A stretch of 64,000 nt of DNA from the human T2T-CHM13v2.0 reference genome, Homo sapiens, in the NCBI RefSeq assembly GCF_009914755.1, contig NC_060939.1. One strand, 5' to 3'. Below the pieces are notes generated by a model that saw nothing but the letters and a program-made list of their open reading frames with translations, was not told where the DNA came from and ran no database searches. Positions 55,901-64,000 of the stretch are shown here, one piece after another (within the stretch, counting starts at the first letter, position 1; each line of letters opens with the position of its first letter). Both the position numbers and the translations under genes were made by a program.

Positions 55901-57409
55901 CCTTCTTCTCAGGGGTGTTGCTATGGGTACCATCTCAGAGGTGTCATAGAAAAAAAAAGAGAGCAGGAGGTAGACTGATGAACAACGTAAGGAAGTAAAG
56001 GATATGCAATGGCATAACAATATGAAGACATTCTTCCCATACGAACGAGTGTGTTGCATACTTCGATAGGGACCTATTAAATATGGAGGATGGCAGACAG
56101 GAGAATTGGTTGAATTGTCAACAAATGACAAATAAAAGGTGCTTTGGAACTATTTTATGGCCCCAATTATCCATAAAGATAATCGTAGTACTGGACCTTT
56201 ATCACTTGGGTACAATCTTTTGTCACTAAATTAATTTATGAGCCCCTGGGAATTGTATGCATGCGTGGTGTATGGGTGTTTTTGCAGTATGGCAAGACTT
56301 GGGAAAGCTGTTCATTATTTTAAAGGCTGTGGTTTTTTTTTGCACTCTTTTCAAACTCCTGCTCTCTCCCCTGATCAGAGATTCTGTGAAGGTGCCAACT
56401 CCCTAGCACTTTGACTTTGAAATTAATCATGGTAGCCTTCCTTCTCTGTAATATGTTAATCATCATTAGCCCGATTCTCTTGCTCTCTCTCTGTCGTACT
56501 TTAGCCTTTGGATAAAAGTCAGAAAAAATTATTAGGAGCATTTTAACAAATTGCAGCATTTCAGTGATTATGTAGCAGTTGTCAGATTCCTTCCTGGCAG
56601 AGTTGGAAAAGTGACATTTTCTTAGTTTCCCAAGTTTATTCAACTTATTAAAATAGCATAAACAATGTTGAGGTAGAAAACAGGTTTTGCTACCCACCTT
56701 TATTATATATAGTGTTATAGAGTCCAATCATATATATATTTATAGAGGAGATTATTTAAAACACTCTGGTGAGAACACAGAGCCACTTCCCCTCCTCATT
56801 TGATTGAAAACTGAAAGTTCATATTTTATGGGTCATGTGGCATTCAGCCTTTCCAAACTGGCTTGAGTAGTTTCTATAAAATATGTAGCTGGAAGTTTTG
56901 GTTCTTTTGTTTTAGTTTTCTTCTTCTTTCTCTTATTTACTTATTTTTTTTTTACTTTTGTTTTTCTGTTTTTAAAATCATGGTAGTTGCTGGGAATGTC
57001 AACCAAAATAACATTCATAGCCTGAAACCCCTACCCATTATTTTCACACATATATCATATAACTGTCACTGGAAACCAAATTGTGGGGTGAGTTGACCAA
57101 ACTCTTGGGAGGCTATTGCAGATACTTTTCTATAAAAAATGTTTTTACTAAAATCACACCAAAGGACCCTCGGTCCTGACCCTACTGCATATTTATTTTT
57201 TGTAGGCATCAGTTTACTCAGGAAAAGAAACAGGAGAAGTTCTTAGAAAGGGATGAGGTCCTGACTTGCAGACACTTTTCTTTTTCTGGCTATAACTTAA
57301 GGTGTAGATCATTGTTAGAACTAGAAGTAGATATTTATGGGAAAATGAAATTGGATTTGACTAAGCAGTGAGAGCTAAGACAGATTTGAAAATATAGAGA
57401 GGACCTGAT

Positions 57410-57540
57410 CTTTATTCATTAATTTGTTCATCAATTCAACATTTATGGAACAGCTGCCATGCATCAGGTACTGTACTTGATATTAGGGAAACAAAGATAA
57501 ATAAGATACAGGCCTCTCCCAAGGAGCTTGCAGTCTAGAA
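57410..57540 (-). mobile_element. L2 3' end
   Basis: attcaaacatttatggaa...ccatgcatcaggtactgt...caaggagcttgcagtctag. Confidence 0.75.
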
Positions 57541-57552
57541 GACATGGTCTTT

Positions 57553-57859
57553 GCTTTATTTTTATTAAAAAAGATGAGGTCTCACTCTTGCCCAGGCTGG
57601 AGAGCAGTGGTGCCATCATGGCTCACTGCATCCTCAAACTCCTGGGCTCTAGGGCTCCTCCTGCCTCAGCATCCTGAGTACCTGGGACTACGGGAACACC
57701 CCACCATGCCTAGCTAATTAAAAAAAAAAATTCTTTTTTTGTAGAGATGATGTTTCCCTATGTTGCCTAAGCTGGTTTCGAACTCCTGGGCTCAGGTAAT
57801 TCTCCCACCTTGGCCTCCCAAATTGCTGGGATTATAGGCATGAGTCTTCGTGCCTGGCT
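57553..57859 (-). mobile_element. AluJ SINE
   Basis: AluJ features (atcatggctcactgca, ctcctgggctc); TSD gaagacat(g/a)gtcttt at 57538-57552 and 57860-57874. Confidence 0.93.
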
Positions 57860-58969
57860 GAAGACATAGTCTTTTAAATAGCTTATTATATAATGCTATG
57901 AGTAGCATGCATGCATAATAGTGTGATCTGAGACATCTAAAAATGAGGGCAGTAGTGAGGTTATAATTCACTAAGTGGTTTCCAGAGTATAAAATAAAAT
58001 GAATGCTTTAATTTCCAAAGGCTCTTTAGGTAGGAAAAACAACTTGAATTATTAAAAACAAGAGAAGTACATTGAAGATGGTATTACAAACTCCTTGCTA
58101 GACAAGGGTAAGATGAGAGCCAACTCAAGAGATATAGTTGGGAGAACCATAGAATAGACCTCAAAATTTGGGACTTAATTACCTATATGTTACTGTATCT
58201 ACCTTGAAAAGAAAATGCTGTTTGCTGAATTAAAAGTCATTAATTATTTCTGTAAAGTGTGCCCTAATGGCAAGTAAGAATTAAAAGTTTCTTATAGTCA
58301 TTCTTGGGTTTGAGCTATATATAACCAGGGCATTTTTTTTTTTTGTAATGGAGTTTCTTAAAATAGATTATTATCTTTTATTACAGGCTTCAAAATAATT
58401 GCTCTTCTATGTCAAGTTATATCTAGTCCAGCAAGAGTAGTATTGTGAAGAAATAATTTCTATCGCAAGTCAGTCATTATTCAATTAACTAATTCTATCA
58501 CTAAACTTGGCTTTTTGTTTTGAATTTCTCTTACTTTCCCAGATTTGAAAGTTGTTTACAGATACTAGAAATATTCAGAGTAGTATATGCAGTTTATAAC
58601 GTTACTAGCTCAGCACTGGTACTTACTCAACAATTAATAATGCCACCTGTCTATTAGTAACAATAAAAAGTAGCACACATTAAATCTTGCAAGATAACCA
58701 GAGGCCATCAAGTCATCCTCCTTAATACTACAAATTTTAGTAAATTTTATAAAATTATCCAGCTGATTTACAAGTTGGATTTAATATATTTACAACCTCC
58801 AAATATATTACAACATGATTATAAACTGCTCTGGGATTTTTTTATACTCAAAAAAGGTCAGCTTGTACTACAATGTAAAATTTAGAGCCCTTATTGAAAT
58901 ATGTCTTCCAGAAAGCTGTGAGGAAGTTTTATGCAACCATTAAATATATAAACACTTGTAAAGGACAGT

Positions 58970-59030
58970 GTATCTATATATATATACATATGTATATATG
59001 TGTATATGTGTGTGTATTCATATTTACATA
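58970..59030. repeat. (TA)n/(TG)n low-complexity tract
   Basis: Directly visible. Confidence 0.8.
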
Positions 59031-59251
59031 AAGCATGTGTGAATATACATTCTCATATTTATCTGTACATATGTCTGCCCCTGCATCTGGAAGAATATAT
59101 TTGTGTTTGTAGAGAGTTGGTCCAGTGTTCATATCCAAATGCAAATTTTGACTCTTAGAAGCATATTTTCATATTTGTATCTCTTCCTTTCTCAGTAGTT
59201 TTGCCAGTTGGTGTATTTCTTTGCTTATTTCCACTTTTTCTTCCTCTGCAG

Positions 59252-61480
59252 CATCCCCCATGAAGTGGCGCTGAAAGATCACGATAGCACAGTTCCATGA
59301 TGTGAAATACCACAAGTCTGCAATTTTTCGGTCTTGAGAGTGTCGCTGGGCTGAGAGGATGGAAATCTTTCAGTAATTATACCAGTTTGTATTCGTCTCA
59401 CATTTGGGACCAAATACAAATCCGATCCACTCTTTCTCCCTGTGAATATTCATAAAAAACAAAGTGCCAATTCTGGTCTAATCATGTATGGAACCAAATA
59501 TGTTGATGAGTCCTAAGTATATACTGTATGTATGTATACATATGAATATATATATTTGTACACACTAATTTTGCTTGTGTCCTCCTCTGTGCAATTTGTT
59601 TGTTTAGTATAGGGGTTGCTGTTATAATGTGTTAATAAGCTGCTGAAAGCTTGGCACCTATTACTTGAAATGACAGCTATGTTAGAAGCCTATTAACACT
59701 CCATAGCAGCAGCTCTGCAGCTACTAGAAATGAATTTCAAAGAAGGTAAATGAACAAAAGCGATTCATATCTCTAAGGAAAGCAAATACCATGCCTAGAA
59801 CCATATATACTTTGGAAATGTACAGTGTATAAAATGAAAAACCTCTTCCAGTTAAAGAAACAGCGGAAGGGAATATTTGGGGAAAGGAAGACTGCCTAAA
59901 AGATTTCCAAACAACCTTGAAGATGTAAATGTAAAGGATACCAAACATAACTTCCTCTCTTTGTTTCTATTGTATTTAAACCAGATCCATGTCAAACTTA
60001 TAAGAACAGAATATAGTACAGGTAGAGGAAATTCACTTTTCATGAGCAAAAGTTAAATCATCTGGATTTAGCTCAAACTTCTTTTTCTTCATTTCTGAGC
60101 TTAGAAGGACACCCTTTGCTATTGTTCTCGGAAGCAGGGCTCTTTATGAGTCAGCTTGCTCTGCTTTTGAACTACTTTACTTACTTTTGACTGTCATTGG
60201 AATTTGCAAGATGGTTGAAAGTCCTGGGTAAACCTTAACCATGATAATAAAAATGTGGTAAGTTAAGTTCAGCGTAGGTGTTTTTCTTTCTCTCTTTTGT
60301 GATACAGTATGTGTGGGGGCGTGTATATGGCAAGGTGGGGGGTGGGTTATATGCTGAGAGTACAGTTCCATAATTCTAGGTTAAATTAAAATTTAACTGT
60401 ATTAACTTTTTAAGGCCCTTACTTTTGAAATCAGCTGTAATGAAAAACAAACACTTTTGCATTTCAACTTATGCACAGAAATTAAAAATTGCTTTCAGAG
60501 TTTGTGTAAAACTAGCAGTGAAAAGTTATAATAGGCAGTTTCATCTGTAGAATAATTTATATTACCGCTTTAATATCAGGACAGTAACACGTAGTAGCAT
60601 TATCTTTGCATTCACAGTACCATAATATCTATTATATAGAATGTGTTTTATATACCATGCTAGTCATGATATTTCTGTGAATGGCTACTATGACTTCTAA
60701 AAAGAAAAGCTTGAAAGGTCTTGGAAGAGAAAGAAAACAGGTGTAGACTCTAAAAATCTGTATAAATATAAGCCAAACACTCTTTGTGTACATGCATGTG
60801 TGCATACACTAATAAGGCTTTACAAATTAGATTGGGATAGGTTGTCGTGGAGGAGGAAAGAGGTGAAAATAAAGGCAATCCTCTTATCACTGAGACTCAA
60901 TACAAAATGTGTTTTGAACATTGTTTAAATGAAACTCCAATTTCCCAGGTAAGCTGACACTACCCTTGCCCTTTGGGACACTAACTAGAAATGCTCTTAG
61001 GTGAAATCCTGTCCACCAAAACTTAGCTTCCCCAGCCCTTCTGTACACTAATAGTACATTGACAATTGATGCTCATTATGAATTTAAAGGTACTCAAATG
61101 AGGTAATTTTGTGTTTGTTGAATCACTAACAGTTTAATTATGCTCAGTATTGTTTGTACAAAATGATTTTTAAAAATGGATTCTAACATTTTAAAAATGG
61201 ATTCTAACATCTTAAAAATGTGTAACCCATTGTATGTATGATATAGATAGTAACTCTATTATTCAGAGTAGTTGATTAACTCAAATGCCCTACTTCATAT
61301 CTAGCAGAGAACAGGCTAAATTTAAATTAAGCAGCATTTTATTAGAATTTTTGAAGACTTGTATTGAGAAATGCCAATTACCAGTTGTTTGTGAGTTGCC
61401 AAAATATTATAATGTTCTGAATTTACGGAATGGAATATGATCATTCAAACAATAAAGCAACAAAACCAAAACTATATAAC
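59252..61480 (+). other. Candidate terminal exon / 3'UTR of an unidentified + strand gene; 3' end uncertain
   Basis: Long AG-free pyrimidine tract ending ttttcttcctctgcag|C; all three frames stop within about 50 nt; no recognisable transposons for about 2.3 kb; AATAAA at 60246, 60868 and 61451. Confidence 0.5.
61170..61220. repeat. 21-bp tandem repeat, about 2.4 copies
   Basis: ttaaaaatggattctaacat(t/c) twice, then ttaaaaatg. Confidence 0.9.
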
Positions 61481-61549
61481 ATTAGTATTCCCTAAATTGG
61501 TAAACATTAATTTTATTTCCTTGCTCTTAAAAGATTAAAATCAAATAAT

Positions 61550-61850
61550 TATTTTAATTTAAAACATAACGTATATATGGAATAATTCATGAAGCAAAAA
61601 TGTGTAGTTCAATAACTTCCCATGAAAAAGAATCACCCAAGTGGCCACCACTTGCCAGCATCTTAGAATATTTTTTCCAGTCACGGCCCACTCTTTCTTT
61701 TCCACTAAAGTAACCACCATCTTTGCTTTCTCGCTCTTCTTTATAGTTTTACAACCTAAACGTGAAATTTCATTTATCTGCTTTTTCAACTTACATAGAT
61801 AGAATCATGCAGTGTGCATTCTTTCGTATCTGAGTATTAGTCTTCATGCC
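61550..61850 (-). mobile_element. L1ME-type 3' fragment
   Basis: aagtaaccaccat...tagaatcatgcagtgtgcattctttcgtatctg. Confidence 0.6.
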
Positions 61851-61914
61851 TCTACCTTTTCAACATCATTAGTTATTTTTAATGTTTTACAGTAATCATT
61901 ATGGTTGTGTCTCA

Positions 61915-63340
61915 TAATAGACTTTAGAGCAGTTTTAGCTTCACAGTAAACCTGAGAGGACGGTACAGATATTTCCCATTTACCCCTGGCCCCACACATG
62001 CATAGCCTCCCCAGTTACTATTATTTCCTACCAGAATAGTATATTTGTTACAGTTGATGGACCTAAATTGACACATTATTATCACTTGGAGTTCATAGTT
62101 TACATTAGGGTTCACTGTCAGTGTTGTGCATTCTAAGAGTGTGACAAATGTATACTGACTTGTATCCACCATTATAGTATCATACAGAGTATTTTCACTG
62201 CCTTAAAAATACTCTGTGCTCTGCCTATATCTCTCCTCCTTCCCTCATTCCTGACATCTCCTGATCTTTGACACCCCTGGCTCCATAGATTTGCCTTTTC
62301 CAGAATATCATATAGTTTGAATTATATAGTATGTGGGCTTTTCAGATTGGCTTCTTTTACTCAGTAATATGCATTTAAAGTTTCTCCATGTATTTTCAAG
62401 GCTTGATAGCTCATATTTTAGTGCCGAATAATATTCCATTGTCTAGATGTACCACAGGTCATCCATTCACCTACTGAAGGGCATGTTGGTTGCTTCCAAG
62501 TTTGGGCGATTATGAATAACGTTGCTATCAACGTTTGTGTGCAGGTTTTTGTGGACCTATATCTTCAACCATCTGGGTAAATACCAAGGAGCACTATTGT
62601 TGGATCATATGGTAAAATTGTGTTTAGTTTTCCAAAAAACTGCCAAACTGTCTTCCAAAGTGTCTACACCATTTTGCATTTCCACCAGCAACTGTATTGT
62701 TCCACGTCCTCACTAGCATTTGGTGTTATCAGTGTTCCAGATTTTGGCCATTCTAATAGGTGTGTAGTGGTATCTTATTGTTTTAGTTTACACTTCTATG
62801 ATGACATACGATGTGGAGCATCTTTTCATATGCTTATTTGCCATCTGGATGTCTTCTCTGGTGAGGTGTCAAATTCTTTGGCTCATTTGTTAATCAGGCT
62901 GTTTGTTTTCTTGTCGTTGAGTTTTAAGAAACCTTTGTATAATTTGGATTAATAGTCCTTTATCAGATAGGTCTTTTGCAAATATTTTCTCTTAGTCTGT
63001 GGCTTGTGTTTTTATTCTTTGACAGTGTCCAAAAATTTTTAATTTTAATGAAGTCCAGTTTATCAATTATTTTATAGATTGTACCTTTGGTATCATATCT
63101 AAAAAGTCATCACCAGTCCCAAGGTCATCTAGATTTTATCCTATGTTACTTTCTGGGAATTTTTACTAGGAATTTTATAAATTTGTATTTTACATTTAGG
63201 TCTGTAATCTCTTTGGTAACCCCCCACTTTTTTTTTTTTTGCATCTGCATACAGATGTTCAGTTCCAGCAACATTTATTGAAAAGACTGTCTTTTCTCCA
63301 TAGTATTGCCTTTGACCCTGCATCAAAGATCAGTTGACTC
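61915..63340 (-). mobile_element. L1MC1/2-like LINE-1 3' region; older L1M sequence continues to the window end
   Basis: tttagagcagttttagcttcacag...catagtttacattagggttcact...ccattcacctactgaagggcat...ttggccattctaataggtgtgtagtggtatct. Confidence 0.88.
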
Positions 63341-64000
63341 TTCACTGTGGCTTTAATTTTCTTTTCCCTTATTACTAATGGACTTGAACACCCTTTCATA
63401 TGTTTACTGCCTATCTTTAATAAGTAGCTATCTTTTTCTTATTGATTTGTCAAAGTTTTACATTTTTAAAATGTCCATGTGAAGGAGTCCTTTATGAGTT
63501 ACATATGTTTCAGATATTCCACTGTGTGGTTTGTATTTTAACCCTCTTATCAGTGTATTGTGATGAACAGATGATTTATTCAAAATTTTATTGTTTGCTT
63601 AGTTTTAAGTTGAATTTTTCTAGAAATTTTAATCTAGATTTTTAAATTTATTGGTGTAACATTAACATCTGCAGGATCTAGAGTGATGTTTCTTTTTCAC
63701 ATTGATATTGGTTACTAACGAATTTTTTAAAAATTTTGTCAGTTTTATCAGGAATTTAACTTTGTTAATCTTTATAAATTTAAATTAGTTTGATTTTGTT
63801 GATGTTATCTATTGAATACTTATTTTTAAATTTCTTTATGTATTTCCATCTATCCTCTGTCTTAAATATCTATTCTTTTTCTAATTTTTAAAGATGCAAG
63901 CTTTGAGTTTTAGTCTTCCTTCTTTGTTGAATACATACATTTAAAGCTATAACCCCCTTGACAAATAATTTTAGCAGCATTCCACAAGTTTTAATAGGTC

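Noticed and set aside
59260-59301. SECIS-like pattern ATGA-N11-AA-N22-GA with a plausible helix II
   Set aside because: No convincing helix I, and it matches no human selenoprotein SECIS I recall; the pattern is short enough to arise by chance (SECISearch3 would decide)

Overview
Primate, most likely human, genomic DNA (AluJ, AluS and AluY are all present). It is AT-rich, CpG-depleted and has no CpG island. Much of it is interspersed repeat: Alu, old L1M/L1P, L2, L3/CR1, MIR, MaLR and ERVL solo LTRs, and one hAT DNA element. None of the supplied ORFs looks like a real protein; most come from Alus, microsatellites or chance. The window reads like the 3' part of a large + strand gene that I cannot name. 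It has a candidate small exon ending at 9734, about 50 kb of apparent intron with enhancer-like islands, and a strong splice acceptor at 59251/59252 followed by about 2.3 kb of repeat-free, 3'UTR-like sequence. The most notable items are: (i) a CpG-retaining structured element at 59252-59420 with C/D-box/k-turn-like geometry, (ii) a perfect 22-bp hairpin nested in further inverted repeats at about 39570-39686, (iii) an old-looking palindrome at about 29497-29632, (iv) several local templated duplications, including a ~180-bp inverted copy inserted in an L1MC, and (v) a (GAA)~26 tract grown from an Alu tail. Repeat subfamily calls come from my recall of the consensus sequences, not from a search, and their boundaries are approximate.
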